From assembly GCA_001029715.1 (NCBI GenBank), contig CP011212.1, forward strand, positions 3,407-67,406: a DNA stretch of 64,000 nucleotides, read 5' to 3'. A model generated the notes under the pieces. That model was not told the origin of the DNA. It made no database searches and saw only the letters and a list, made by a program, of their open reading frames with translations. A program made the position numbers and the translations under genes. Source of the stretch: a candidate division TM6 bacterium GW2011_GWF2_28_16. GTDB lineage: Bacteria > Patescibacteriota > Microgenomatia > UBA1400 > PJMF01. Each line of letters begins with the position of its first letter. The first letter of the stretch is position 1. Shown piece after piece: positions 1 to 13,000 of the stretch.

Positions 1-1
1 C

Positions 2-3000
2 TTATTTTCTGGTTCGATTGGCATTGGCTCAACAACTCCTGATAGAAGACTTGAAATTGTTGACGCCAGCAATCCACAGCTTCGCCTCACTCAAACAGAT
101 GGCTCCATCTATGCTGATTTTCATGTGAACAGTAATGGTGATCTAATCATGAATGTTGATGGAGTTAGCAATCAATTTGTATTAGATAATGGCGGAAATA
201 TTGGTATTGGAATTACTAATCCAGATGAAAAATTGACTGTTGACGGTGCGGTTAACGCCGAAAAATATTATGACTACACCAATAAAAACTACTTTTTGGA
301 TCCTGCTGCAATTTCCACCTCTCTAAAAACTGCCGGTGATGCTCACATCGGTGGCGATGTTTATGTCGAAGGCGGAGAAGTTTTCTTTGCTCCTCTAACC
401 ACCTCTACCTCTACTACAGAAGGCACTGTCTATTATGACAATGATGTTGATCACCTCTATCTCTATGACGGCAATAGTACTTGGCACCGTATCGCCCTGG
501 ATATGACTAAGTATTCAGATTACGGCACTATTTCTAATCAAGATTACATTGAAATTGCTCATAACCAAAACAGTAATGATTTAACCTTTACTGTCTGGAT
601 TAAAAATGCTTTGACGAATTTATGGGAAAAAATTGACCCAACTAGCTCGAGTATTGATCATGATTTAGATAATGAATTTAATCCTGAATATACCCAAAAA
701 GAAAAGGTGTCTTCAGTTTCTTTAAAGTTACAAAATGATTCTTTAGGCACCGGTGCTGATGGAGCTATTACCGTTTCTACCAGTAGAAGTATTAATAGTT
801 ACAACTCTATCTCTGGAAGAACCTGTGCTGATGGTGGTGACGGCGTCAACTATTCTGTCACAGGGTTGACTAGCACAACAGCTACTCTTGAAGCTGCCCC
901 TTCTACTGGATGCTTGGCTGTAGGAGATGAGGTGTTACTCATTAATTTGAGAGGTACTCCTAGTGCTTATGGAAATGTTGGTAATTACGAAACATTAAGA
1001 ATTGAAAGTATTAGTACTAATACTATTACTTTCACAACGGCTAAGACTAAATATTATGGCGACAATCCAACAGATGATACTAATATTGGTATTGGCACCG
1101 GAGCTCAAGATGTCATGCTACAAAGAGTGCCAAATTATACAGACGTAACAGTAAACGCTACTTACAGTTTCTATCCAGATGAATGGGTTAGACCATCAGG
1201 TAGTGCTGAAAGTGGAACTGGTGGAGCTGGTGAAGGTGGTGTTATGTTTTTTAGAGCTACTGGAGCTGTCACAGTCAATGGCACAATCACTTCTTTAGGC
1301 AGAGGCTACATTGCCGGTACTTATGCTGGAGACAATACTCAACAATATCAAGGTGATTCCACAACTGGTGTTGGTGGACTAGCCACAGCATTTTTGGCAG
1401 AAGGTGGTGGTGGTGGTGCTTATCGTTATTGTGCAGGAGGAGGTGGAGGTGGTTATGCCACTGCTGGCTCTGCTGGTATAAAAGCTGGAACTTCATGCAT
1501 CACTGTAGGTACTGGTGGTCCTGCTTATCCAACTGCTGGCAACTCAACTTTAGATAAATTGTATTTTGGTTCTGCTGGTGGTGCGGGTGGAACTGGATAT
1601 TTATCTACATGGACATATGATGGTACTAGAGGTGGAGATGGAGGTGGAGTAATTTATATAACAGCAGACACTATTTCTGTATCTGGTTCTGTAAGTGCTA
1701 CTGGACAGGCTGGCACTAACGTAGCTGATTTAGGTGGATCAGATATTACTCCAGGAGCTGGTGGTGGTGGTGCTGGAGGATCATTAAAAATTGTAGGAGA
1801 TACTCTTAATCTAGGTACCAATTTAGTTACTGCTGGTGGTGGTGCTGGAGGTACTACTGGTTATTCAAATTACGGAGGTGGCTATGTTGACTTGGGTGGC
1901 TATGCTCATGGTGGTGCTGGAGGAAGTGGTGTAGTGGCCACTTATTATGCTGAAACTATTAGTGGAAGTACTTCACCAACTTATACCATAGATACGGCAA
2001 CTGGTGGATATAACAGTTATAAAACTTATATTAGTAAAGAACTAGCTACTACGGGCGCCACTTCTTTTGGCAATCTTGAATGGACGGAAAATTTACCAAG
2101 CGGTACAGAAATTCAAATGCAAACTAGAAGTGGCAACACTAGCAACAGCACTGATGGCACTTGGGAAGCTTGGCGACCAACAACAACAACTTTATCAATT
2201 AATGACGCCAATACTCATGCCGATTGGGTAGGTACTAATGCTACGGTTGCCGACGGAGATGTAGCTAGAAATATTAATTTTTACGAAGATGAAGACGAAT
2301 CAACAGTTGGAAATACAACTAAATATACTACTAGCGCTGCTAATGGTTATGCCGAACGCACATTAACTAGCACCAATTTGTCTTCATATCAATATGTAAC
2401 ACTTTGGCTGCGCTCTGCCACAGCAGGATCAGTTATTACTCTGGGCATGGGAGAAAGTGTCGCGACAGAACAAACAAAAACTATCAAAATTGAAACAGCC
2501 GACGTCTGGCAGAAAGTTTATTGGGATATTTCTGGTATTACTGGCACTGCTCGTGATGCAATCACTAAATTTAGAATTACAAGCAGTATTAACAGCAATG
2601 TGGTTTATTTAGACAATATTAAAGCTGAGACTTATCTAAGTACTTCTACAGGTTCTACTATTACTAGTACTGCTAACAGCTATATTCAATATCGAGCTAT
2701 TATGACAACTACGAGTGCTAGCACAACTCCTACTCTAGCTGAAGTGCGAATTAACTATAATGATGGCACCGCAAAAATAATTAATGATAAGCTTTCCAAC
2801 CAAAATGACACTGATTATTATGATCAGTCTTCGCGTCTTAACATTACAACCATAAATTTGGATGATTCCAAAAGTTTAGATATCCAAAAAACAGAAACGG
2901 GCATTACAACAAAAGGAGCTATTGATCCAGGAACAGGCAATGATGGAGACATAGTAATTAGTACTAATAGAAATATAAACACCTATAATTCGATTGTCGA

Positions 3001-6000
3001 TCGCACTTGTATTGATGGAGGTGATGCTGTTAATTATTCAGTAACAGCTCTTACATCGAGAGCTGCTACTCTGCCAACAGCTCCCAACACTGGGTGCTTG
3101 GCTGCAGGAGATGAAGTACTACTCATTAATTTAAAAGGAAACATCACCTCTACTATAAATGTTGGTAATTACGAAACATTAAGAGTAGAAAGTATCAGTG
3201 ACAATGTTGTTCATTTTACCACCGCCAAAACTAAATATTATGGCGATAATTCAACAGATGATACTAATATTGGCACTGACTCTGGAAATCAAAATGTTAT
3301 GTTGCAAAGAGTACCAAATTATAATTCATTGGTAGTAGACGCTGGTATTACCTTTTCTCCTTCTGATTTTAATGGTCTAAAAAATGGAGTAATGTTTTTC
3401 AGAAGCAAAATTACTTCAATTAATGGCAGTGTCACTGCAAAAGGCGCTGGTTATAATAGAGGTACTTATGCTGGAGACCAACAACAACAATACCAGGGTG
3501 ATTCTACAACTGGCGTTGGTGGACTAGCCACAGCATTTTTAGCAGAAGGTGGTGGAGGTGGAGCCTATCGTCAATGTGCTGGTGGAGGTGGAGGTGGCTA
3601 TGCCACTGCTGGTTCTAATGGTGTAAGAGCTGGAACTTCATGCAACACTGTAGGTACTGGTGGTCCTGCTTATCCAACTTATGGAAATCCCACTTTAGAC
3701 AAGCTCTATTTTGGTTCTGCTGGTGGTGCTGGTGGAACTGGATATTTAAGCCCCAATGGTTGGATTTATGATGGTGGTGCTGGAGGTGATGGCGGAGGCA
3801 TTGTTTATATAGCCTCTGGCTCAGTTGTAGTATCAGGATCGCTTAGGGCTGATGGCGATGCTGGCACTTCAATCAGCGACATTGGCGGCACAGATATTAC
3901 TCCAGGTGCTGGTGGTGGTGGTGCTGGAGGATCATTAAAAATTGAAGCTCAAACTGTAAACTTAGGAACAAACTCAACTCTTGCCAGTGGAGGTGGTGGA
4001 GGCTCTACTGGTTATTCAAATTACGGAGATACCTATGCTAACGAAGGTGGCTATGCTTATGGTGGTGCTGGAGGCGACGGTATCATAGCTGTTACTTATG
4101 GGTCATCTATTTCAGGTTCTTCCACTCCTACTTATAATGTTGCTCAAGTACCTGCTTATACTTCTTCAATATTTGTCTCTGATGAAATAGCTACTCCAGA
4201 TTCTGTATCTTACAATAAAATATCTTGGCTAGCTGACGAAACTGCGCATGGCACTGTAGAAGTTCAAACCAGATCAGGAGCAACCAGTAACAGTACGGAT
4301 GGATCTTGGGAAGAATGGAAGCCTGCAACAAGCAGTGCTACTATCCTAGATTCTACAGATGTTCACACCAATTGGACTCCTTCCGACGCTACCATTACTG
4401 TTGCCGATGGCGATGTTGCTAGAAATGTAAATTACTACGAGGATGAAGATGAAGTTGTGGTTGAAAACACCACCAAACTTACTACAACTAGCAACAATGG
4501 TGCTTATGCTGAAAGCAGAATTGCCCAAGCAGATTTGTCTGAAAAAAGCTTCATTACTATCTGGGTTTATGCTTCCAGTTCTGGTGCCACAGTAAAAATT
4601 GGTTTTGGCGAAAATACTTCCTCAGAGCACGAGACTCTCGTTAAAATTGATGCTATTGATATTTGGCAAAAAGTTTACTGGGATATTAGTCATATTCCTG
4701 CTCAAGAACGCGATGCTGTTAGACTTTTGAAGGTTGGAACAGCAACGACAAACAACACCATTAGATTTGATCAATTTGCTGCTCAAAGATTTGGAAATGA
4801 TTCATCTGGCACTAATGTAGCCTCAAGACCAAATCAGTATTTTCAATATCGTGTCATCATGGGTAGCTCAGATCCTGCATATAGACCAGTTTTATATAAC
4901 ATTGGTATGGAATGGAACAACGGTTACAAAGTCGAGCAAACCGATAGCAACACTGTTCGTCTATACAATTACACTGGTGAGGAACAAGAGATGCGTCTTG
5001 ATGTAATTGTTTTTGGTGCTGACTTGGCTGAGTGGTATACCGTAGATGATGAGAGTATTGGCCCTGCTGATCTCGTTTCTATTACTGGCGACATGGATGA
5101 ATATGGGGTACCAATCATACAAAAATCCAGCAAATCAAACGATCCAATGCTTGTCGGTGTAATCTCTACTCAAGCTGGCACAGAATTAGGTCTTGAGGCA
5201 GACAATCGTCGCTTACTCGCCCTTGATGGGCGTGTGCCGATCAAAATTGATCCTAATAGTGATGCTATAGAAAAAGGTGATCATCTAACCTCCTCTGGAA
5301 CTCCAGGTTTAGCCCGCAAAGCTAGGCCAGGAGAACTCAGCATTGGTCGCTCCTTTGAAGCTTGGAGCCCTGACTCAGGAAAAGATCGCGTTATGGCCAT
5401 CGTCAATGACGCTATGGCTACCCCATCCTTTGGTCAACAATTGGTAGATGGCGTGGTAGAAATTGCTGATCTTCTTAATCTCAATATTCAAGATACTTGG
5501 GACGTCGTTAATTATGGGACCGGCGAAAGTATTAAGTCTGCTGCTGCTTTGGCTCAAGCCATTATTGGCAAACTTAAAGTTGGTCAGATGGAAGTTTCAG
5601 AGATCAAAGCTCCAGAAGATGGGAAGATTAGTCTTGAAGGAAATAATATCTCATTCCAACTCAATGATTCTGAGGCCTCTGGCAGTAGCGCCCTGGGTAA
5701 ATTAATTATCCAAAATGAGGATGGTGAGACAGTGGCCAGCTTCGATAGTGAAGGAAATGCCTCAATTAGCGGGCAATTAGATGTGGCTGGAATTAGTCGC
5801 CTTGGAAAACTTATTGCTGAGGAAGCCTCTTTCACTTCGATAATTTCACAAACAGCCTCTATATCCGGAGAGTTAATTGCCGGAAGTATCCAGGGAGACT
5901 CAGCCAGACTCGACTATATTGAATCAAAGCTTGCTAACTTAGAGACCGCTAGCGTTAGTGGCACTCTTTATGCAAATAATATTGAAACAGGAAGCATCCA

Positions 6001-7009
6001 AGCTGGCGTCATCAGCGGTCTTGAAGAAAGGCTAAGTAGCAAAATAGCTGAAACCCTGGGTCAACCAAGTCTGCTTGCCACCCTATTTGGGGAACAGCAA
6101 CAGCAAACCGACGAGTACCTAAGACAACTTCAGGAAGAAATTAATAATATTTCCTCAGCAAGTGCCACTTTAGAAGAGATTGATAATGAGAACACTGAAG
6201 ATATAGCTCTCATCGCAGACAATGCTTTCATCAATCAATATTTTGAAGTTAATGGTAGCGCCTATATTAAAAATTCACTCAAACTTGGCGAAAGCCTGAT
6301 GGTTGGAGGTGGCACTGTTATTGGAGATGGCTTTATTAGCTATCAACCAGAAATGGCTGAAGATGAGAACTTCACCTTCTCCATCCAACCAACTGGTATG
6401 GGCAAACTTTCTTTAATGGCTGGCTTAATGCAATTAGATAATCAAGGGCTTGTCACCATAAATGGCGACCTCAAAGTAGCTGGCGTTCTAGAAGTTGCTG
6501 ATGATCTCAAGGTTAACGATACTTTACTTACTAATTTAATTAGTCCAAATAATCCTGGTGAGAATATTCAAGTTAAATTAGCCTCGAATGAATTAAGTGG
6601 TGAAGATTTATCAATACAAAAAAGTAACTTTGAATTCATAAATGAAAACGACACTCCAGTCGCATCATTCTCTTCTGCTGGTGATTTGGCTCTCGTTGGA
6701 TCTCTCAGGCTTGGACAAAACATCGAAATTGCCAGTGATTCTGGTGAATTGGTTAGTAACCGCAGTGCCGGGCAGGCTACTCTAATAGCCGGCACCACTG
6801 AAATAACCATTGCGAGTGACAAAATTGAGGAAAATAGCATGATTTATGTCACCCCAATGAACTCCACTAACAATCAGGTCCTTTATGTAAAAAACAAGAT
6901 CACAGATAGTCCTTTTACCCCTGAAAATGAGGCTCAATTCACTGTCGCCATTGACTACGTTTTGGGGCATAATGTAACTTTCAACTGGTGGATTGTTCAG
7001 CTAAATTAA
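2..7009 (+). CDS. Giant Gly/Thr/Ser-rich surface or tail-fibre-like protein, 5'-truncated. Contains a duplicated ~715-aa module and an internal peptidase G2/intramolecular-chaperone-like domain.
   Basis: Frame is open from position 2 (LFSGSIGIGSTTPD...), so the GTG at 125 is not the true start. Has IGIG-x-T-x-P motifs, two copies of the GDEVLLINL..QRVPNY..GVMFFR plus Gly-rich module, and a GADLAEWY..GVIST..ALDGRVPIK..GDHLTSS motif near 5015-5400. Confidence 0.8.
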   Translation, partial: LFSGSIGIGSTTPDRRLEIVDASNPQLRLTQTDGSIYADFHVNSNGDLIMNVDGVSNQFVLDNGGNIGIGITNPDEKLTVDGAVNAEKYYDYTNKNYFLDPAAISTSLKTAGDAHIGGDVYVEGGEVFFAPLTTSTSTTEGTVYYDNDVDHLYLYDGNSTWHRIALDMTKYSDYGTISNQDYIEIAHNQNSNDLTFTVWIKNALTNLWEKIDPTSSSIDHDLDNEFNPEYTQKEKVSSVSLKLQNDSLGTGADGAITVSTSRSINSYNSISGRTCADGGDGVNYSVTGLTSTTATLEAAPSTGCLAVGDEVLLINLRGTPSAYGNVGNYETLRIESISTNTITFTTAKTKYYGDNPTDDTNIGIGTGAQDVMLQRVPNYTDVTVNATYSFYPDEWVRPSGSAESGTGGAGEGGVMFFRATGAVTVNGTITSLGRGYIAGTYAGDNTQQYQGDSTTGVGGLATAFLAEGGGGGAYRYCAGGGGGGYATAGSAGIKAGTSCITVGTGGPAYPTAGNSTLDKLYFGSAGGAGGTGYLSTWTYDGTRGGDGGGVIYITADTISVSGSVSATGQAGTNVADLGGSDITPGAGGGGAGGSLKIVGDTLNLGTNLVTAGGGAGGTTGYSNYGGGYVDLGGYAHGGAGGSGVVATYYAETISGSTSPTYTIDTATGGYNSYKTYISKELATTGATSFGNLEWTENLPSGTEIQMQTRSGNTSNSTDGTWEAWRPTTTTLSINDANTHADWVGTNATVADGDVARNINFYEDEDESTVGNTTKYTTSAANGYAERTLTSTNLSSYQYVTLWLRSATAGSVITLGMGESVATEQTKTIKIETADVWQKVYWDISGITGTARDAITKFRITSSINSNVVYLDNIKAETYLSTSTGSTITSTANSYIQYRAIMTTTSASTTPTLAEVRINYNDGTAKIINDKLSNQNDTDYYDQSSRLNITTINLDDSKSLDIQKTETGITTKGAIDPGTGNDGDIVISTNRNINTYNSIVDRTCIDGGDAVNYSVTALTSRAATLPTAPNTGCLAAGDEVLLINLKGNITSTINVGNYETLRVESISDNVVHFTTAKTKYYGDNSTDDTNIGTDSGNQNVMLQRVPNYNSLVVDAGITFSPSDFNGLKNGVMFFRSKITSINGSVTAKGAGYNRGTYAGDQQQQYQGDSTTGVGGLATAFLAEGGGGGAYRQCAGGGGGGYATAGSNGVRAGTSCNTVGTGGPAYPTYGNPTLDKLYFGSAGGAGGTGYLSPNGWIYDGGAGGDGGGIVYIASGSVVVSGSLRADGDAGTSISDIGGTDITPGAGGGGAGGSLKIEAQTVNLGTNSTLASGGGGGSTGYSNYGDTYANEGGYAYGGAGGDGIIAVTYGSSISGSSTPTYNVAQVPAYTSSIFVSDEIATPDSVSYNKISWLADETAHGTVEVQTRSGATSNSTDGSWEEWKPATSSATILDSTDVHTNWTPSDATITVADGDVARNVNYYEDEDEVVVENTTKLTTTSNNGAYAESRIAQADLSEKSFITIWVYASSSGATVKIGFGENTSSEHETLVKIDAIDIWQKVYWDISHIPAQERDAVRLLKVGTATTNNTIRFDQFAAQRFGNDSSGTNVASRPNQYFQYRVIMGSSDPAYRPVLYNIGMEWNNGYKVEQTDSNTVRLYNYTGEEQEMRLDVIVFGADLAEWYTVDDESIGPADLVSITGDMDEYGVPIIQKSSKSNDPMLVGVISTQAGTELGLEADNRRLLALDGRVPIKIDPNSDAIEKGDHLTSSGTPGLARKARPGELSIGRSFEAWSPDSGKDRVMAIVNDAMATPSFGQQLVDGVVEIADLLNLNIQDTWDVVNYGTGESIKSAAALAQAIIGKLKVGQMEVSEIKAPEDGKISLEGNNISFQLNDSEASGSSALGKLIIQNEDGETVASFDSEGNASISGQLDVAGISRLGKLIAEEASFTSIISQTASISGELIAGSIQGDSARLDYIESKLANLETASVSGTLYANNIETGSIQAGVISGLEERLSSKIAETLGQPSLLATLFGEQQQQTDEYLRQLQEEINNISSASATLEEIDNENTEDIALIADNAFINQYFEVNGSAYIKNSLKLGESLMVGGGTVIGDGFISYQPEMAEDENFTFSIQPTGMGKLSLMAGLMQLDNQGLVTINGDLKVAGVLEVADDLKVNDTLLTNLISPNNPGENIQVKLASNELSGEDLSIQKSNFEFINENDTPVASFSSAGDLALVGSLRLGQNIEIASDSGELVSNRSAGQATLIAGTTEITIASDKIEENSMIYVTPMNSTNNQVLYVKNKITDSPFTPENEAQFTVAIDYVLGHNVTFNWWIVQLN

Positions 7010-7017
7010 AATTAAAA

Positions 7018-10000
7018 ATGCTTAAAATATTTAAAAAAATAAAACACCAGCTCCACAGATTTGCTATTAGATTTAAGAGAAAAATCCTCTTTATTAATTG
7101 GAATAAGTTCAAATTACCTGGTCTAATTTTATTAGGTTTTTTGATTTTGCTTGGTCTATTCTTCTGGGCTCGCCAGCTTCCTCCCAGAGCTCCAAATTTT
7201 AAAAAAAGTGAAGCTAGCAGCTACTCTTTTGAGGCAAAAAACAAAGTTTTTCAGGCTAAATTTGGCATCAGAGAACAACAGCCAATGGTGACTTTCAACG
7301 TCGATGGAGATAAATCTGTAACTCTGTCATATCAAGGAAACGATAATAGCCAAGCTACTATAGATAGTAAAGGTAAAAACCTTACTTTCAAAGATGTTGA
7401 GCCTAATATGGATATTCAGTACAAAACTTTGGCTAATGGTATTAAGGAAGAAATTGTTCTCCACCAGGCTCGCCAGAAGGAAAATAACGCTAACGTCTTT
7501 CTTTTCAATGGTAATTTTCAAGATGCCTACCCCAAAGAAATCATCAAAGGCATCTCAGGAGTTGGGTTCTACGATGAACAAAATAATTATCTTTTTCACT
7601 TCGAAAAGCCATTTGCCATTGATGCTGCTGGCAATCGTACTGACAACGTCGTCATACAAATTGAGAACAAAAATGACTCGAAAGTGCCAGAAGTTAAAAA
7701 TAGTATCGACGGTGAGACCGCTTACGTGATTCGCTTAACCGTTGACGAAACCTGGCTTAACGATCCAGTACGTACCTATCCTATTATTATCGATCCGACT
7801 ATCGTCCATGATGAATCTAGTGAATTTAGCATAGGTCAGCTAGATAGAGTTAAAGACACTGGCTCTGGCTCTTCACCAAGTTTAGAAAGTTTTTATCAGG
7901 AGCTTGGAGCAGATATTAATACTGCTGGACTTTGGCATTTTAATGAAACTAGTGGTAATGCACTAGACTCCTCTGGAAATTCTAATACTGGTACACCAAC
8001 AGGCACTACAATTGTCGATGGTCTACTCAGTAAAGCCAGATCATTTAGTGGATCTGGACAATATATAACAGTTCCAAACAGCGCATCTCTAAATCCAACT
8101 GACTCGATAACTATCGAAGCTTGGATTTATCTATCCGCCGCAAATACTAATAATGGGTTAGTTTATAAAGGCAGTTTTGCGGGTTCCCAAGGAATATATT
8201 CTTTTGGTTTTTTTAGTGGCTCAAACAATTCTCTTACATTTAGGCTCAATGGCAGCACTGGACTGGGAAATGGTCAAGTTTCTGGAAGCACAAGCTTAGC
8301 ATTAAACACCTGGTATCATGTTGCAGCTGTATATGACAAAAGCCTTAGCCAACAGAAGATATATGTCAATGGAGTTGAAGATGGATCACAACCATATGGA
8401 GTAGCAATCTCAACAGATACCAATAACTTAATAATTGGTGGTTATTATAGTTCTTCCTATTTATTTAACGGCGTAATGGACGAAGTCCGTGTCAGTAACG
8501 TTGCTCGCACTCCAGAAGAAATTCGTCTCAATGCCTCTCGCCGACCATATTCCACGTTTACTTCCAATGCAATTGATCTTACTAGTGTCAACGCTTGGAA
8601 CTCTCTCTCTTGGACTGGCACTGGTTTGGCAACTAGCGATGGAGAAACCCCTGCCTCTTCTACTGGCTTAGTAGCTCAATGGAACTTTAATGAAACTTCA
8701 GGAGTAACAGCTGTTTCTGGTGGAACTTGTGGGACAAGTTGTAATGGAACTTTAACCAATATGACTACTACAAGTCAAGACGCTGCTGCAATGACTGGTT
8801 GGACAGCTAATAACCGTCGTTGGGGCGCGGGGGCTTTGATGTTTGATGGGAGTAATGACTATGTTAATGCAGGCAGTGATTCGTCTATAGACAACATTAC
8901 TTCAAAAACTTTTTGTACTTGGATAAATCTTCGTACTCAAATCGGTTCTGATTCTGCAGGAAGCCACATCATAAATAAGGGAGATCTTTGGTTTATTGCT
9001 ACCGACCCAGCCAATTCAAGAAATATTTATGGACAAAATTTCTCCACAACAAATGGAAGATGGTCGTTTCCATTAATGCAAACTGGACAGTGGAATCATT
9101 TATGTGCTGTCTATGACAGATCTTCCACAAGTAATGACCCAACGATCTACGTTAATGGAGTTGCTCAACCAATAACTGAATATTCTACTCCAGTAGGTTC
9201 AGCAAGTGATGATTCTTCCAACAGCTTATCTCTTGGATCGTCTATTCCAAATGGAAGATGGCTGGCTGGATCTCTAGATGGAGCACAGCTATATAGTCGT
9301 GCCCTAACTGCTTCCGAAGTCTTATCTAACTACAACTCCTCCCGTATTGAACTTCAAACTCGCGTTGGAACCTCCAGCGATCCCAATGATGGCACTTGGG
9401 AAGCATGGAAACCAACTACTGCTGAAGCAATTATCGACAGTCTTGATAATTCTGTTGACCAATGGACCATCGATAGTTATCAAAATAGTTCATCTACTAT
9501 CTCTAAAATCGGTACTATTAATGTAGGTTCAGGAAATGATGGCGCATGTACAGTATCTTCAGGAACTACTACCCTAAGTACGGGCAGCTGTGCAGGTCGA
9601 GGTACCGCCGATGCCGTTAACTTTGCTTCCACCGTGCTTACTGGTGCGGGTGCTACTAGTATTACTGTTTCAACCACCCCAACAGGTCTTACCGCCGGAG
9701 ATGAAGTTTTAATTATCAATCTTCAAGGCACAAGCACTAATTACGATCGTGTTGGACAATATGAAACACATACAATTGCCTCTATTTCCACAAACACTCT
9801 TAATTTTACCGATAGCCCCCTTCAGAATACCTATGACGGAACCACTCAAAAAATTATGGTGCAGAGAGTTCCCAACTACACCAACGTAACTGTCTCATCT
9901 GGAGCTATCCTTACCACAGGAGCTTGGGATGGCACAAAAGGTGGTGTTCTTTTCTTCAGAGCCTCTGGCGCTGTCAGTAATGCCGGAACAATTACCATGA

Positions 10001-13000
10001 CTGGATTAGGATATCGGGGTGGTACAGCTGCCGTGGGATGCACCACTGGAGGTAAGGGAGAATCATTAAATGGAAATCTTGGCGGAGGCGATGGAAAAGA
10101 TGGATATTCTATAGGGGCGGGTGGTACAGGTGTATTTGGTGGTGGTGGTGGAGGTGGAAGCTATCCTGCAGCCTCAAATGTTGTCGCTAAAGGCGGAGGT
10201 GGTGGTTATGGTACAGGTGGATCAGGTGGAGCAGGAACTGGCTCTGCTTCAGCAGGAGGTACCGGAAGTTCAGTTGGTGGAAACGGAGGCGCAAACACTG
10301 CTACTAATACTGCCGGTGGTGGTGGTGGGGGGGGTTTTTATGGTCAAGGAACTCTGGAGAGAATATTTTTTGGTTCTGGAGGAGGAAGTAGTGGGGGTTG
10401 GTATAATGGAGCCTGTCAAAATGGCTACGCCGGCACAAACGGAGGCGGCATAATTTCAATTTTTGCCGATACTTTAACCAATGCCAATACTATTAGCTCA
10501 AATGGAACAAATGCCAGTTCCGCCAACTCTGGAACAGGATCTGGAGGAGCAATAAAAATTGTCGGTAATACACTTACTTTAGGGTCTACTGTTACTGCCA
10601 GCGGGGGCACTTCGGGGGTAACAGGTGGTGTTGGTCGTGTTTCAACTACATATTCCACTTCCCTCTCTGGTTCCACGACCCCCGTTCCGTACACCCAAAA
10701 ACTCCAATCAACTATTAAACAGGAGGGTACTGGTGCCATGCAAATTTCTACTGGTCGCCCTGAAGTAGATTCCTCCACTGTTGGTCTTTGGCACCTTGAT
10801 GAGACTGGAGGTACTGGTGCATATCTCAAAGATAGCAGTGGTAACGCCAATCATGGCACTGCTACTGGAACAACCATTATTGATGGACTCCTTAACAAAG
10901 CTCGATCATTTAATGGAAGCTCATACATTACAGTGGCTGATAGCAATTCTTTAGATCTTACTGAAAATTTCAGTATTTCAGCCTGGGTTAATAGAAAAGA
11001 TACAGATGGGGGCACAGTTGTATCTAAAACAGTAGCTGGTACCACTGGTGGTTATGCTGTGCTTTGGGGCAGCGCTGGTGAAGTATATTGCAGAACAAAC
11101 AATGGAACAACTTACACTGATTCTTATAGTTCACAAGGGGTTCTCACATCAACTACTGGATGGACTCACGTTGCTGTGGTTAAAAATGGAACTAGTTGTC
11201 GTATCTATATTAATGGAATTGACAAAACCTCAACCGCAAATTCGCACACTAACCCCATTGCTAATGCTCTTCCTTTGCTCATTGGTTCTAGAACTGATCT
11301 TGGAGCGGAATTTACAACAGGAGTTATTGATGAAGTCCGCATTAGTAATATCGCCAGATCTGCCGAAGAAATTGCTGAAAGCTACCGCATGGGTCGCGAT
11401 CATCGTACTAGTAAAAACATTTCCTCTATAAATCTTTCCGCTTCTACCAAACTACCCTTTTATATTGCCTCTGATCGTCTTGGCACTTTTTCTGAATTAA
11501 CTATTGGCGAATCTGCCTTTGCCAATTACGAGCCAGATGCTAATACTGTTGGACTATGGAATATTGATGAACAATCTGGTGCAGGTGCTTACTTAAAAGA
11601 TTCATCTGGAAATGGCAATCATGGCACCCCAACAGGCACTACCTTCACTCAAGGGAAAGTAGGAAAAGCTAGAAATTTCAATGGAACTAGTGATGTTGTT
11701 AAAACAGGTACAAATTCGTCCTTAAATATAAACGGAACTTTGACTCTTTCAGCTTGGATAAAAGCGAGCACGGACGTGACAAATTATAGAATGATTATTT
11801 CAAAGGAGGAATCCCCATCAATAAACCCATATCGTATTTATCTTGGATCATCCACAGGTATTCCCAATTTTACAGACATGTTTACCAACGGCGGAGTAAC
11901 CGGCACAATTGCGTTGAACGACGATAAATGGCATTACATTGTTGTTACACGAGATGATACAGCCAAAGTATCTAAAATGTACATTGATGGTATATTAAAT
12001 GCTCAGGGCACAACATATTCTGGTACCAATCCTCAAGCAACTTCTACTATAGAAACATGGATAGGAAAGACACCATATGCTGACAGATTCCCTTTCTATG
12101 GATCAATTGATGAAGTCCGTATCGACAACGTCGCCCGCACCGCCGACGAAATCCGTCAAGCTTACGAAGTTGGATCACGTACCCACAATATTACTATCGA
12201 TTTTAAGGCCAAATTAGGTTCTGGAGATTTGATTACAAGTGGCTCTGATCTTGGTTTTACCGTCGATGAAACTGCCTATGGCTCGTCCTACGCCGCTAAT
12301 CACTTATTCTTAGGAGACAAAATCATTGTCAAGGAAAACTACGATGGCACTGAATATATTGCCCAAGGCACGGTCAATGCTGTGAACTTTAGCACGGGTG
12401 CCGTCACAGTCGCTGCTTGGGACTCTGGCTCTACTTTCCCAGCTGCTGGTTTTACTGTCAACGCCACTGTTTTTAAATGGCAGCGTGAATACTTTGATAT
12501 TACTAGTTCTCTCTCTACTCAAAGAGACGCTATCACTCGCCTCACTTATCGCATTACCGACGGTTCTATGGGAGCCAATCTTTGGCTTGATGATCTTAAA
12601 AGTTCTGGTGGATACTTATCTAATCCACTTGGATCTACCATTACCTCTTCTGTTGGCAATCAGTATTTTCAGTACCGGGCAATTCTTTCACAAAATGATC
12701 CTAGCATTCCATCAGCCGCGTTGACTTCGGTAACTGTTGATTATGTTTCTAATAATACTCCAGATGCCCCAACACTTAATGATTCATATCTTCATGACAA
12801 AATTAAAACTCCAGACTCCTCTCCAGAAATTCGTTTTACTGCGACCGACGAAGAAGATGACGACCTTATTTACCAATTTGAATATGATACGACTGCCGAT
12901 TTTACTGCTCCCACTACTATAACTTCAGATTCTGATTTGGGTTTTACCAACATTACTACTCCAGCTGACACTAACCCTTTTAATGTGGGAGAAAGTATCG

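Noticed and set aside
740-4920. Near-identical repeats as a DGR template/variable pair
   Set aside because: Both copies are coding, differences are not confined to adenines, and there is no reverse transcriptase in the window.
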